Assembly: GCA_963777605.1 (NCBI GenBank)
Contig: CAVZRV010000027.1
Coordinates: 1-64,000 of the forward strand
Source: an uncultured Acidobacteriota bacterium
GTDB taxonomy: Bacteria; Acidobacteriota; UBA6911; RPQK01; JAPXNP01
Direction of reading: 5' to 3'
DNA: 64,000 nt
Position numbers and translations under genes: made by a program
Notes under the pieces: generated by a model
What the model was told of the DNA's origin: nothing
The model's input: only the letters and a program-made list of their open reading frames with translations
Database searches by the model: none
Shown here: positions 18,151-30,249 of the stretch, in pieces
Numbering within the stretch: the stretch's first letter is position 1
How the letters are laid out: the number at the start of each line of letters is the position of its first letter

Positions 18151-19971
18151 TTAGAATCCAAAGTAGGTCCAACCCTGGGTCCAGTCATCGGTCGGGCTCA
18201 CGCAGCCGATGTAGGTGACGTCCGTATCGAAGAACCCGTCGTCGGGCGGAATCGCCACGAAACGAAGGTCCAGCGCCGGTGAATTCAACTCGGGACGGAA
18301 GTCGGGCGGGAACAGGCTGTACGGGTCTCGCAGCTTCGGATCCATGGTGTACCGGTTGGTCGGCTCGCCGGTGATCCACGCCTTGGTTGTGAAGGGAGCG
18401 AGGTCTTCCTTGTTGTTGATCACGGTGTCCAATTCGCTGGAGAACTGGTCAGCCGGATTCGCACCGCCAACGCAGCCGATCCCGTTTCCGGGCTGGGTAC
18501 AGTTCTGGAAGAACATCGAGTTCTTGAAGGTCAGCGTCCCACTGTTGATCCGGTTCACTGTGGCGATATCATCCACGTCCACAGCCGATTCTTTGAAACC
18601 CATCACGATGAGGTTGCGCAGGAACCCTGCGGTTCCCTCCCTCAGCAGAACGCCGATGTCGCTCTCCGAAAGGTCCGGATTGGTGCTCGGGTCGCCGATG
18701 AAGGTAGCGTTGTAAATGGTCGGGTTGGAAATCGGGGTCAGGTCGTTGCTGTTGGAGAGGTTATCCGCCTCGATGCCCTGATCCGCGTCATCTCCCGATT
18801 GCTGGGCGCAATAGAACTGGACCTTTCCCTGCCAGCCCAGAACCCAGTCCAGGCTGTCGTCGCCGTTTCGGGTCACGATGCCGTGCTTCAGGTTGGTCGT
18901 ACCGCCGAAGAACTCGATGGAGTCATCCTTGTTCATGGTGACCTGGACGTAGTCCACGAGCGTTCCCGAGCCGGTGCCCTGGAAGGCGATCCCGTTCAAC
19001 TCGTTGTCGGGGCTGAACTCGATACCTGCAAACTCAACCCGCACGTAGCGGAGTTCGCCACTGCTGTCAGTCGGGTCGTCGCCGCCGAACAGTCCGGTTC
19101 CGCCTTCACCCTCCTGCTCATTAGTGTTGATGGGAGCCCGGCCATTTAGGATCAGACCGCCCCAATCGCCCCGCGTGCGCTGGCCCACCGGGTTGGTGCT
19201 GGTCATCACGATCGGTCGCGCCTTAGTTCCCCGGGCGATGATCTTACCGCCGCGAGCCACCACCAGCGCGGAATTCTGACCGGTTCCCAGAACGAGGGTC
19301 CCGGGTTGGATGGTCAAAGTCGCGCCATTCTGGACGAAGACCGCGCGGTTGTTGATGAAGTACGCGTTGTCGGAAGACCAGGTCACGTCTCCGGTCACAT
19401 CGCTGGTAACTTCCACAATCTGGTCCACCACGTTGAAACCAAACTCACCGTGGACGATGGTGCGCTGGCCGGAACCTTCGCGGATGTCCAGAACCAGTTG
19501 GTAGTTTCCGGTATCCAGGTCTGCTATCGGCAATGCCGGTCCCACGATCCCGTCCGGTCCGAGGAGAATCAGATCCTGAACCACAGTCACGTCAATGGCG
19601 TTAAAGTTCGTCGGACCGCTGCCGTCGATGGCGTGCACCACTCCGGGATCGAGAAGCCCGGTATCGTCAACGTACCAGACCTGACCGGTTTCCTGGTTGC
19701 GCAGGTAGACGAAGAAGACCCGGGGAGCGGTGTTCCCGTTCGGGTCGATGTTGGCACGGAGTTCTACACCCGAAGGCAACTCGGAGTTGCCCGGCTGAAA
19801 GACTACGCTGTTGGCGTAGATAAATACCCTCGGGTGGGGACCGTCTGCAACCGTCCGAGTCTGCAGGTCGATCCCGTAGTGGGCGCTTCCGGACCTGTTG
19901 CTGCCCCCAAGCAACGGCAAGGTCAAAGCCATGGTAACCAGAATCAATCCAATGACTGTCTTCCTCAGCAT
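18151..19971 (-). CDS. Secreted beta-helix-like protein of the family usually found beside TonB receptors
   Basis: GDWGGLILNGRAPIN, DSSGELRYVRVEFAG, NELNG, DDSIEFFGGT, GIEADN, terminal WTQGWT. Confidence 0.8.
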   Translation of the reverse strand: MLRKTVIGLILVTMALTLPLLGGSNRSGSAHYGIDLQTRTVADGPHPRVFIYANSVVFQPGNSELPSGVELRANIDPNGNTAPRVFFVYLRNQETGQVWYVDDTGLLDPGVVHAIDGSGPTNFNAIDVTVVQDLILLGPDGIVGPALPIADLDTGNYQLVLDIREGSGQRTIVHGEFGFNVVDQIVEVTSDVTGDVTWSSDNAYFINNRAVFVQNGATLTIQPGTLVLGTGQNSALVVARGGKIIARGTKARPIVMTSTNPVGQRTRGDWGGLILNGRAPINTNEQEGEGGTGLFGGDDPTDSSGELRYVRVEFAGIEFSPDNELNGIAFQGTGSGTLVDYVQVTMNKDDSIEFFGGTTNLKHGIVTRNGDDSLDWVLGWQGKVQFYCAQQSGDDADQGIEADNLSNSNDLTPISNPTIYNATFIGDPSTNPDLSESDIGVLLREGTAGFLRNLIVMGFKESAVDVDDIATVNRINSGTLTFKNSMFFQNCTQPGNGIGCVGGANPADQFSSELDTVINNKEDLAPFTTKAWITGEPTNRYTMDPKLRDPYSLFPPDFRPELNSPALDLRFVAIPPDDGFFDTDVTYIGCVSPTDDWTQGWTYFGF

Positions 19972-20005
19972 TCAGATGCTCCTTTCGTTTGAAACGAATT
20001 GATCA

Positions 20006-22780
20006 CTAATCGAAAAATGAGTAAGCGAGGGTGACCCCAAGCGTGCGGCCGGTGTGAAAGGTCCGCTGCGGGAGCCCACCCTGGGTGAATTTCACTACTT
20101 CGTCGAGCAGATTCTCGCCAGTGAACTTGAGATTCCACTTCCGGCTTTCCCCGAGCGGCTGCATCAGGACGACGTCGAGCCGCGTGTAACCGTTCTCGAG
20201 AATGTCCGGCAATCCAAGAGCGCCGACATCGCTGATCCGTTCACCCTGGAAGTTCAGCAACCCTCGGGCGACCGTTCCGAAGCGTGGATTGGAATACTCC
20301 AGGATCCCGTTGATGATGTTCCGGGACTGACCAGCTAGAGGCCGGTCGAGGGAGGTAAGAACCACGATACTCTCGTCGGGGATTCTTACGTTGGAATCAA
20401 CGAAGGTATAGTTGAAATTTACACTGAAGTCTTCCAGCCGCGAGGCCAGAAAGCTCAGGTTGCGCCGAAAATCGACCTCAAGCCCGTAGTTCTTCGCGCT
20501 GTCGGCATTCCGGAAGGAGGTCCTCAACTGGGCGGTCATTTCAACAACCCGCTCGATCGGCTTGTTAAACCGCTTGTAGAAGAAACTGCCCGAAATTAAG
20601 TCAACCGGGCCCGGAAACCACTCCCAGCGGACGTCGTAGTTCTGAATCGTAGCCCGGTCCAGCCCGGGATACCCGATGATCGACCGTCCGCCGATCACGT
20701 CCGTGAAATCGAACGGTGCCAGTTCACGAAACTCCGGCCGATTAAGGGTCTTACTGGCCGAACCGCGCAGGTTCATCTGCGGATTCAACTGGTAAACCAC
20801 ATTGAGGGCCGGGAGGATATCCGAGTTGTCCAACTGCGTCGAAACCGTCGCCTTCTCCGGCACAAACGGATCAAACGTGTTCACCCGCTGCATGTCCGAT
20901 TCAACTCGGGCGCCGCCGATGAACCGCCACCGGCTGACCGAGATATCCGCCATTCCGTAAAACGCACGGTTGATCTGCTTGGCCCCGTAGGCGTCGGTAT
21001 TGCGGGTCTCTTCGCGAATCTCGTAACCGGTGGGCCGAATGTTATGGAGGGTGAGGATGTCCTCGGGCCGCTGGGTCAGGTCGATTCCCGAAGTGCTAAT
21101 CGGGATGAACCGGAAGCGCCGGGCATAGAAATCGCGGTTTCGATCCCGGTAACTCGCTCCAACCTTGAAACTCCCGATCAGGCCGCCCCCGTGAAAGAAG
21201 GTGGTCAGGTTCACGTCGGGATCCCAGATCTTCTCATTCAGATCCGAGTACTGTCGAAAACCACTCTGGCTTTCGTCGGCAAAGACGAATGCACCCTGCG
21301 ATGCGCTGTACTCGTACAGGGACTCACGGAGATCGGGCTCATTCAGTGACGAAAGCGCCCGGTTCAACTTCCACTCGAGAAGGCTGTTGCCGAAGAGAGG
21401 CAGATAGTGCTCTCCCGAGATTTGTCCCGAGTAGATCGACTCTTCTGAGAACCGCAGGCGGTAGTCTCGAAGCTCCTGCCCAAAATCCCGGTTGGGCCCC
21501 TGGAAGAACCGCGATTCATCACTGGAATCGTGGGTGAAAAAGTTCCGAAACAATATTTTGTGGCTATTGCTCAGCCGGTAGGCGATGTTCCCGGTAGCTC
21601 CGGTTCTTGCCGACTGGGTGCTCAGGCTGAAGCGGTAATCGTTGAAGGGCTGGAGTTCTTCGCCAGCCGACAGCTTGTAGTAGGTCTGCTGCTCGGTCCG
21701 GGAACGGTACTCGGTCCCGTGGTTGAAAGCCATCACTACGCCGAGATTCCCCCAGGTGTTGCCTCCCACCACACTGAACTTCTGACCGGGGATCGCGTCG
21801 TGGTTGGAGTTGAAAGTCCACTGGTCGGCAAAAGCCTGCCCGAAAGCCTGCATCTGGTCTCTGGTGAAACCAGGCGAAAACGGCGTTTTTCGAATCAGCT
21901 TCTCATCGGGAATGATATTCGGAAGCGAACGACTCCCATCGTCATAACCCCAGAAGTCGTACTTCCCGCCGCGGTAGGACTGGAACGGCTTGAACGTGCT
22001 AATCGAATTGAAATCGGTCCCATACGAAAGACGGAACGTCGCACCTGTCGGGAAATCGAGAGTGTTCACCTTGACCAGCCCACCCGCGAATTCGCCCGGC
22101 TGATCAGGGGTGTATGACTTTTCCGTCTGAATGTTCTCCAGAAGGCTCGACGGAAAGAGGTCCATAGCCACGACCTTTTTGTCGGGCTGAGTCGAAGGGA
22201 TGGTGCTCCCATTCAACTGGGTCGCACTGTAACGTTCCCCGAGACCCCGGACAAAAACGTATTTGTTATCGACAATCGAGACGCCGGTGACGCGCTGCAT
22301 AACCTCGGCTCCGTCACCGCCCGGAATGAGAGACATTTCCTGACGTCCAATACTGTCGGTCAGGGCCGCCATTCCTTTGCGCTCGCTCAGCAGAGCTTCG
22401 ACGCTTGCCTTTTCGGTCGTTGCTACGACTTCGACAGTCTCCTGGATGACCCCGCCCTCAGGAGTCAGCGCCACTTCCTGCCACGTCTCTTCTCCCGCCT
22501 TCACGTTGACCCCGGCGACCTCCTTGTCCATATATCCGGGCTTGCGGGCAACGACTGAGTACTCGCCGGGCGGCATTTGAATGGAAAACATCCCGTCGAT
22601 ATCCGTCTGGACAGTCACGCCCGCAGGCTTTACGTCGATAGTGACGCCATGAAGCGTGCTCCCCGTCCCCAAATCCAGAACATAACCCCTTAAAGTCCCC
22701 TGCTTGTCCGATGCCTGCGCCCAGAGTCCACCGCTCAAGGCAGCCAGGAGCAGCATCGCCGAAATCGCTCTTCGCATCAT
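20006..22780 (-). CDS. TonB-dependent receptor with N-terminal carboxypeptidase-regulatory-like domain
   Basis: Plug motif VRGLGERYS..LNG..IPS..P, GEFAGG; beta-barrel with aromatic C-terminus; CAGGAG RBS. Confidence 0.93.
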   Translation of the reverse strand: MMRRAISAMLLLAALSGGLWAQASDKQGTLRGYVLDLGTGSTLHGVTIDVKPAGVTVQTDIDGMFSIQMPPGEYSVVARKPGYMDKEVAGVNVKAGEETWQEVALTPEGGVIQETVEVVATTEKASVEALLSERKGMAALTDSIGRQEMSLIPGGDGAEVMQRVTGVSIVDNKYVFVRGLGERYSATQLNGSTIPSTQPDKKVVAMDLFPSSLLENIQTEKSYTPDQPGEFAGGLVKVNTLDFPTGATFRLSYGTDFNSISTFKPFQSYRGGKYDFWGYDDGSRSLPNIIPDEKLIRKTPFSPGFTRDQMQAFGQAFADQWTFNSNHDAIPGQKFSVVGGNTWGNLGVVMAFNHGTEYRSRTEQQTYYKLSAGEELQPFNDYRFSLSTQSARTGATGNIAYRLSNSHKILFRNFFTHDSSDESRFFQGPNRDFGQELRDYRLRFSEESIYSGQISGEHYLPLFGNSLLEWKLNRALSSLNEPDLRESLYEYSASQGAFVFADESQSGFRQYSDLNEKIWDPDVNLTTFFHGGGLIGSFKVGASYRDRNRDFYARRFRFIPISTSGIDLTQRPEDILTLHNIRPTGYEIREETRNTDAYGAKQINRAFYGMADISVSRWRFIGGARVESDMQRVNTFDPFVPEKATVSTQLDNSDILPALNVVYQLNPQMNLRGSASKTLNRPEFRELAPFDFTDVIGGRSIIGYPGLDRATIQNYDVRWEWFPGPVDLISGSFFYKRFNKPIERVVEMTAQLRTSFRNADSAKNYGLEVDFRRNLSFLASRLEDFSVNFNYTFVDSNVRIPDESIVVLTSLDRPLAGQSRNIINGILEYSNPRFGTVARGLLNFQGERISDVGALGLPDILENGYTRLDVVLMQPLGESRKWNLKFTGENLLDEVVKFTQGGLPQRTFHTGRTLGVTLAYSFFD

Positions 22781-22898
22781 GAACCGTTACTCCTGTTCCA
22801 AAACCGTTTGTATCCGAGAGGGGACATACGCACCCCTGCCCCTCTCCAACTGTGACGAGAGCAGTCTAAGGGTCGAATGTCAGAGGAAGATCACCGCA

Positions 22899-22940
22899 GT
22901 GTTAAGATTTGATTAATTCTCTTGAAGATGCGGTGAAGAT
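22899..22940 (-). promoter_or_regulatory. Putative Pho-box-like direct repeats upstream of the TonB operon
   Basis: Minus strand TTCACC, TTCAAG, TTAATC, TTAACA spaced 11/10/11 bp, typical of OmpR/PhoB-family sites. Confidence 0.4.
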
Positions 22941-23110
22941 CCAACAAACTATTTATTTACAGCGAGTTATAAAGTCTATAGAAGGGCATGGTCAGCCCGG
23001 GAAAGAGCAATTTGGGGATTGTTACTCTTGACATGATTCCGTGCAGACACAGTCTGCCGCTGATTTGTCGGTGGTTGGAAGATCTGGATGAGTTGGTTGC
23101 GTCTGAACCG

Positions 23111-24050
23111 AGGTTAGCCCCGCCCCCGGCCGCCGACCGGATCATTCAAAGTGTGAAACTGACTATCTTCCTATTCGATCGCGTGTCTGAGTCAGCCCGG
23201 AGGGCGGCATGGCGTTGCCTAGGACAAACCGAAGGTGCAGTCCTGGTCCACGTGCGGGTCGCGGACCTTGTGAGCCCCGCTTGGTGGGGCGATATGACCG
23301 GGGGACATTTTCGATCTCTGGGGAGCGTTGCCGAATTGGCTATTGAACCCGACCCTGGCTTGTCTCGACGTCCCCAACCCGGCGGTAGGCGCACGACACC
23401 CCCGGGCAAAGCCGGCGGCGGCGACCAAACCCCAAACCCCATTTACTAATAACGAATGGTGTCGAAAAAAGTGCGAAAAGATCCCGCGAAATTTGATTGG
23501 GTCGGGCAACCGAATGTGCGCCGCGGGATCCGGGGAATTGCTGAGACCACGATCATGTCGTCCCGCGGGCGGGACTTGCATTTGGTGGCGCGTCGGACGC
23601 CCGTCGGGCTAGTCCCGCCTCTTCCATCCACGTCGCGGAACCTGGAGTTCTTGCGGAAGCGCGAAATTCCGTGCCAGGCGGCCTCCGCTGCTCGACTCAC
23701 CACTCCCCTTCGCACAATGCAGGTCAGCCCCCCCCCCCGGCCGCACGCCGGACCATTCGAAGAGGAAACGGGTGAAGCATCGCCAGATGAGCGCGCCAAC
23801 GGCGCAGGGTCAATTTCAGCCCGGCGGCAACGCCCCGGGAATGGTAACCGGGCCGGCAATGCAGCACTGAAAATGCGATTCAGTCCCGGTGGCGGACGGT
23901 TTCAGAAGAAGCCGGAAATCAAGAATCCTGGATTGAGAATGGTCACTTCCGCCGGGCAAGCTGCCCGGCCGCCATACCAGGCAGGGCTGCCTGGATTACT
24001 CTCCCTCCAAAAACGAAAAACCAGGAACCAGGAACCAGGAACCAGGAACT
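23111..24050. repeat. Mosaic intergenic repeat region, including copy 2 of the composite element and an (AACCAGG)n array
   Basis: Motif copies at 23111-23162 and 23721-23773; block 23321-23456; 23793-24009 matches 7831-8047. Confidence 0.85.
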
Positions 24051-24080
24051 CATCCTGAATTGAAGTTTCTGGTCGGCCCA

Positions 24081-25796
<1,716 letters not shown>

Positions 25797-25989
25797 CTAC
25801 TTTTCCTCCCCAGGTAGGCCGACACCGAACGCCGGGGCTTCGCCACGGATCTGTGCAGTAAGGCCACAGGGGGCACTCACCGCCCAGTCGGAAGCATTCT
25901 ATCCGACTGAGCCCGATCGAGGAAACCAAGAAAAAAACAGCCCGATTTGACTCGTGGCGGCAATATAGCTTTCTTGAAGGAGAAAAACG

Positions 25990-26102
25990 ATGCAGACCTT
26001 CTACATGCTGGGGCGCTACTCAGGAAACGGCGTAAAGCATATCTCAGCCGCCCGAACCGAGGAATGCAGGCGGGTGACTGAGGAACTGGGCGGAGAGACT
26101 AT
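25990..26102 (+). pseudogene. N-terminal fragment of a GYD-domain protein
   Basis: MQTFYMLGRYS..GVKHISAARTE...EELGGE with GAAGGAG RBS; similarity is lost before the G.YD motif. Confidence 0.5.
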
Positions 26103-26202
26103 AACGAGTCGGCGAAACGCCCAAACATCGTCTTCGTCCCAGAAGATCCTGCAGGCTTTCCAGTCCGTCCAAATCGCAGTTTCAAGCCTCGAGATTCCGC
26201 AC

Positions 26203-28488
26203 TTACTTCCCCAGTTCCTGGGTGGCCGTTTCGATCTGGCTGCTGTAAGCATCCAGGACTTTGGCAACAACTCCGACCTGCTGGTCCGCGTCGATCCACT
26301 GCTCCTGCTCGATCGATTCCCGGATTCCGGGAAGTGTCTTCACACCGTAACCAGTGTAAAAACCGGGCGCATAGATTTGATGGCGATACCAGGGCCGCCC
26401 TTTGAGCCCGGCGTCGAGGGTGAGGAACCGTTCCGAACGATAAAGAGTTCGATTCAACTCGTCGAGCCGTCCCCCGGTGGGCTGGAAACCAGTAGAGCCG
26501 TACCTGCCCGCTGCCTTCTCGTACTCGGAAGCCGCCTCGACCAGTCGGGCCACCGCATTCTGTAACGGAGCAAAATTCAGGAAAGGGACCTCCGGCTTTG
26601 CTTCGGGCAGCACGTAGGGTTTGGTCGGGTCGAAAGCGTCCCGGTAGTAGCCCTTCTCAAGCAGTTCGTCCTGCCCGCGGGCCTTCTTGCGGGAGGCGTC
26701 CGCCAGCTCCCGGACCTCGTCCGAGTAACGGCTGACTGTTTCCGCCATATTGTTGAAATTCCAGGGCAACAGGTCCGCGTCAGCCATTCGGAGTGTGATC
26801 ATTCCTGCGAATTCGGCCAGTGTCTTTCCGTATTGGAAGCCGGGATCACCAAACCGGAGATAGTGGTCAAACGAGTCGTAGATCGAATGGTACGAACCTC
26901 CCTCCGACTCTCCTCCAAAGCCCAGGTTGAGTGCGGATATCCCTAAATGCTGAATGAAGGGAGTGTAGTCCGAGCCCGAGCCAAGTGCCCCCAGGTGGAT
27001 CGATTTGGCGGAAAGCGCTTTTTCGAGATTGGCCGGTGAAGCATCAACCGCATCCCGAGCCAGTCGGCGCTCCAGCACACTGACCCCTTTCTGAGGGTCA
27101 ACCACGCTGGAGGCCACCGAGTTCACGACTGTCTCCAGAACGTGGGAACCCGATGCAGACAGAAAGCCCCTTCCGTTTCCGTCCGAGTTGATGTAAACGA
27201 CCGCGTTTTCGAGTAGCTCCTCCTGGTGAGCCTCGACCCATTCCGTCGATCCGATCAGTCCCGGCTCCTCGGCGTCCCAGGCTGCATAAACGATCGTTCT
27301 CCTCGGATGCCACCCGGTCTTGACCAGTTCCGAGACCACCCGGGCCTCTTCCATCAAGGCCACCAGTCCCGAGATCGGGTCGGCGGCGCCATTCACCCAC
27401 GCGTCGTGGTGGTTCCCCCGAATCACCCACTCGTCCGGCAATTCACTCCCCTGCAGGCGGGCGATAACGTCATGAGCAGGGACCAGGCCCCAGTCCGATT
27501 CGACCTTCAGCCGCACTTTCGCCGGCCCGGGTCCCACGTGATAGGTGATCGGCAGGGCCCCTCTCCAACCCTCGGGCGCAACTGGGCCTGCCAATGAACG
27601 GAGGATGGGCAGGGCATCGTCATAGGAAATCGGCAATACCGGAATCTTCGTGATTGTGGGCGCTTCTTTGCGAGGAAGCCTATCGGCATCGGCATAGGCC
27701 GGTTTGAAGGGGGTCAGGGGATCCCCGGGGTAAAGCGGCATATCCATGACCGAGCCCCGTTGAACTCCCTCGCCGCTGCGGAACGGGCCCTTCGGGTAAA
27801 CATCTCCCTGGAAGTAACCGTCGTCCCGGGGATCCGAATAGATGATGCAGCCGATCGCACCCTTCTCGGCAGCCAGCTTCGGCTTGATCCCTCGCCAGGA
27901 CGCTCCGTAGCGGGCGATGACGATCTTCCCATTCACACTGATTCCCATGCGGTCGAGCAGGTCGTAGTCCGCAGGGATGCCGTAATTCACGTAGACCACG
28001 TCCCCGGTAACATCTCCATCCCGGGAGTAAAAGTGGAAGGTCGGCAACTGCTGGTCGAGTTGACCTGAAGTTCGGTCCTCGGGAAGAGACGACTCCTGAA
28101 GTTTGGCTTCGAAATGTTCCGGAGCGAGGAGTGTCAATTCGCGGGTCTTGGGAGTCGGGAAAAGGATCTGAAAGGTTTCGATCTCAGTCTGGTAACCCCA
28201 CTCCCGGAACTTGCCGGCAATGAACTCGGCCGCCTCTCGGCCAAAGGGCGATCCCACATGGTGAGGCTTCGAAGAGAGAAATTCCATCCAATCCCGAAGG
28301 TTCTCCGGGTTGATCTGGTCCCGGAATCGACCTTCCAGGGCAAGCTCCGCCTGCCCGTTCCCGGGAAGGAACCCTTCCACCGCGGACTCCTCACCCACCC
28401 ACGCGATCGCGGTGGAGATCAAAATCGTCGAAATGACAAAGGAGATTGCTGCCAGCGTGGCTCTTCGATTCAAGTTGGTCATCATCAC
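26203..28488 (-). CDS. M28 peptidase (glutamate carboxypeptidase II-like; PA and TfR-dimerisation domains)
   Basis: PHHVGS, VYVNYG, GNHHDAW, GAADP, WDAEE, GSGSDY, YHSIYD, YAPG. Confidence 0.93.
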   Translation of the reverse strand: MMMTNLNRRATLAAISFVISTILISTAIAWVGEESAVEGFLPGNGQAELALEGRFRDQINPENLRDWMEFLSSKPHHVGSPFGREAAEFIAGKFREWGYQTEIETFQILFPTPKTRELTLLAPEHFEAKLQESSLPEDRTSGQLDQQLPTFHFYSRDGDVTGDVVYVNYGIPADYDLLDRMGISVNGKIVIARYGASWRGIKPKLAAEKGAIGCIIYSDPRDDGYFQGDVYPKGPFRSGEGVQRGSVMDMPLYPGDPLTPFKPAYADADRLPRKEAPTITKIPVLPISYDDALPILRSLAGPVAPEGWRGALPITYHVGPGPAKVRLKVESDWGLVPAHDVIARLQGSELPDEWVIRGNHHDAWVNGAADPISGLVALMEEARVVSELVKTGWHPRRTIVYAAWDAEEPGLIGSTEWVEAHQEELLENAVVYINSDGNGRGFLSASGSHVLETVVNSVASSVVDPQKGVSVLERRLARDAVDASPANLEKALSAKSIHLGALGSGSDYTPFIQHLGISALNLGFGGESEGGSYHSIYDSFDHYLRFGDPGFQYGKTLAEFAGMITLRMADADLLPWNFNNMAETVSRYSDEVRELADASRKKARGQDELLEKGYYRDAFDPTKPYVLPEAKPEVPFLNFAPLQNAVARLVEAASEYEKAAGRYGSTGFQPTGGRLDELNRTLYRSERFLTLDAGLKGRPWYRHQIYAPGFYTGYGVKTLPGIRESIEQEQWIDADQQVGVVAKVLDAYSSQIETATQELGK

Positions 28489-28588
28489 TCTTCCTAGCTT
28501 GCGTAAAACCGGGGAACGTGGCCCGATTCTAGGGGGAGGGGTCAGGCCAGGTCAAGAAACCCTCCGACAAGACGGGTCCCGTTGCGGT

Positions 28589-30109
28589 TCATCGTCCGGA
28601 GGCGGGCCGTTCCTGGAGCGCCCGGCCGTCCCAGACGAGGAAATGGACCGCTGTAGCTGCACGGATCAGAGCGGGAAGTCGGGAGTCATCCTCGGGCTTA
28701 CGCGCAATCCGGATGTCGGGACCGTATTTCAACGAGACCAGGAAATAGAGGCACCAGCGCTCGTGGCTTTCATCGTCGAATGGAGGATTGGTGAAGACCA
28801 GCAAGGTTCCGTCCGGCAGGGCGGAATACGTTGCGTAGAGTTGCTCTGCGAAGCTGCGCCAGGAAGGGTTTCGTTCGTGGTAGAAGGCTCGTCTCGCCCG
28901 GTCGATGTCGGGAGACATCGCGCCCAGCAGCCGGAACATGTACATCGACGCAAGAACCAGGACCACCAGTTTTCCGGGCTTCCAGTTGTTCACCTTCTCA
29001 GGCAGGCAGAGCGCTGACAGGCGACGACCCAGGTCGGCAATCAGGGCCGCCGCTGCCAAGGAAAAGCCGGCCAGGGGGACGTACAGAAACAACCCCCAGT
29101 AACGTGGGAGCGGAAGAACCGGCAGGAGACTCAGTATCGCCCAGGACAACCCGAAAAGAACCGTCCCGTTGCGAAGCAGCCATCCGAGCCCGGCAAGGGC
29201 CACAAGCAGCCCAACCGCTCCCGCCGCCGAAAAGACCACCTCCCGGTTGGAGAGAAGTTCGAGGTAGTGGGCGAGGTTGGTCAGAATCGACGCATCAAAA
29301 TGATAGGCATATTGAGGGTTTTCTCTCCAGTAGGCTTCGGCGCCGAACATCTTTACCAGCGTGTAGGGCACTACGACCAGGAAGAAGGGTGCAACTTGAA
29401 GGGCCACTCGCTTCACGCCGGCCCAACCGGAACGAAAATCCCGGGTGTAGAAAAGATGGAGGGAGACCAGAATTACCGGGTAAGCAGCCGCGGTCTCCTT
29501 GGCGTTCAAAGCCGCCAGGAAGCCGAGCAGGCTTAGAACATACCGAGCCCTGGGTCGCGGTTCAGTCCCCTCCAGGAACCCAAGATATGCAATGGCCGAG
29601 ACCAGCAGACAGAGCAGGCAAAGCAGTTCGAAGACCGCGCCAAAATTGAACAGAACGTTGTGCACTTCTGGGTGAAGGGCCAACAGCGAAGCGGCTACGA
29701 ACGCAGTGAACCGGTTCCTGGCAAGGCGCAGGAAAAGTCGGAATGCCAGGATGATGTTGACCGAATAGAGGATGACTCCAGCCAGGTAGTAGGGCTCCGG
29801 ATTGAGGCCCGCGATGCCAAACAGGGGCAGGTAGGCAAGCGCTCCAAGCGGGCGCCGAAACGACGTAAAGACGAGCAGGTTCGAACCGATAGCGGTCCAG
29901 GGGCGCCGGAGATAGTAGTTGAGATTCATCAGGTCGTCGAACGTGAAGTAGGACTGCAGCGCCTTCAGGGAAACCGGGAGGGTAAACAGGACGATCAGCA
30001 CCGGCAGGAAGAATTCGGGTCGTCCGAAAATACGCCGCCACCGGCCGGGCCCAACTGGGGCGGCAGGAGGAACAGCAATTCGGCCAGAAGCTACCTCACG
30101 AGGGTTCAT
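28589..30109 (-). CDS. Integral membrane protein, GT-C/PMT-like glycosyltransferase candidate
   Basis: About 11 TM segments; FTFDD, FRRPL, LALHP and NAKETA motifs typical of GT-C-like proteins. Confidence 0.65.
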   Translation of the reverse strand: MNPREVASGRIAVPPAAPVGPGRWRRIFGRPEFFLPVLIVLFTLPVSLKALQSYFTFDDLMNLNYYLRRPWTAIGSNLLVFTSFRRPLGALAYLPLFGIAGLNPEPYYLAGVILYSVNIILAFRLFLRLARNRFTAFVAASLLALHPEVHNVLFNFGAVFELLCLLCLLVSAIAYLGFLEGTEPRPRARYVLSLLGFLAALNAKETAAAYPVILVSLHLFYTRDFRSGWAGVKRVALQVAPFFLVVVPYTLVKMFGAEAYWRENPQYAYHFDASILTNLAHYLELLSNREVVFSAAGAVGLLVALAGLGWLLRNGTVLFGLSWAILSLLPVLPLPRYWGLFLYVPLAGFSLAAAALIADLGRRLSALCLPEKVNNWKPGKLVVLVLASMYMFRLLGAMSPDIDRARRAFYHERNPSWRSFAEQLYATYSALPDGTLLVFTNPPFDDESHERWCLYFLVSLKYGPDIRIARKPEDDSRLPALIRAATAVHFLVWDGRALQERPASGR

Positions 30110-30249
30110 CGGTGACTTGCCCGGGTTTCGCCGGGAACTGCAAGTCTATCTCAATCAGCCTGACGGCAGTGCCTTGAACCGGTCCCGGGAACTAACTGAG
30201 CGGAGAAATACTGCCAGCCAGGCAATTTGAGACCGGAGGGGTCGGATCG

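Noticed and set aside
23381-23392. RfaH ops element (GGCGGTAG)
   Set aside because: It lacks the downstream TG, lies inside a dispersed repeat and is on the opposite strand to the flanking operons.
25990-26565. 191-aa ORF as a full gene
   Set aside because: Only the first ~37 codons look coding; the rest is antisense to the M28 peptidase.
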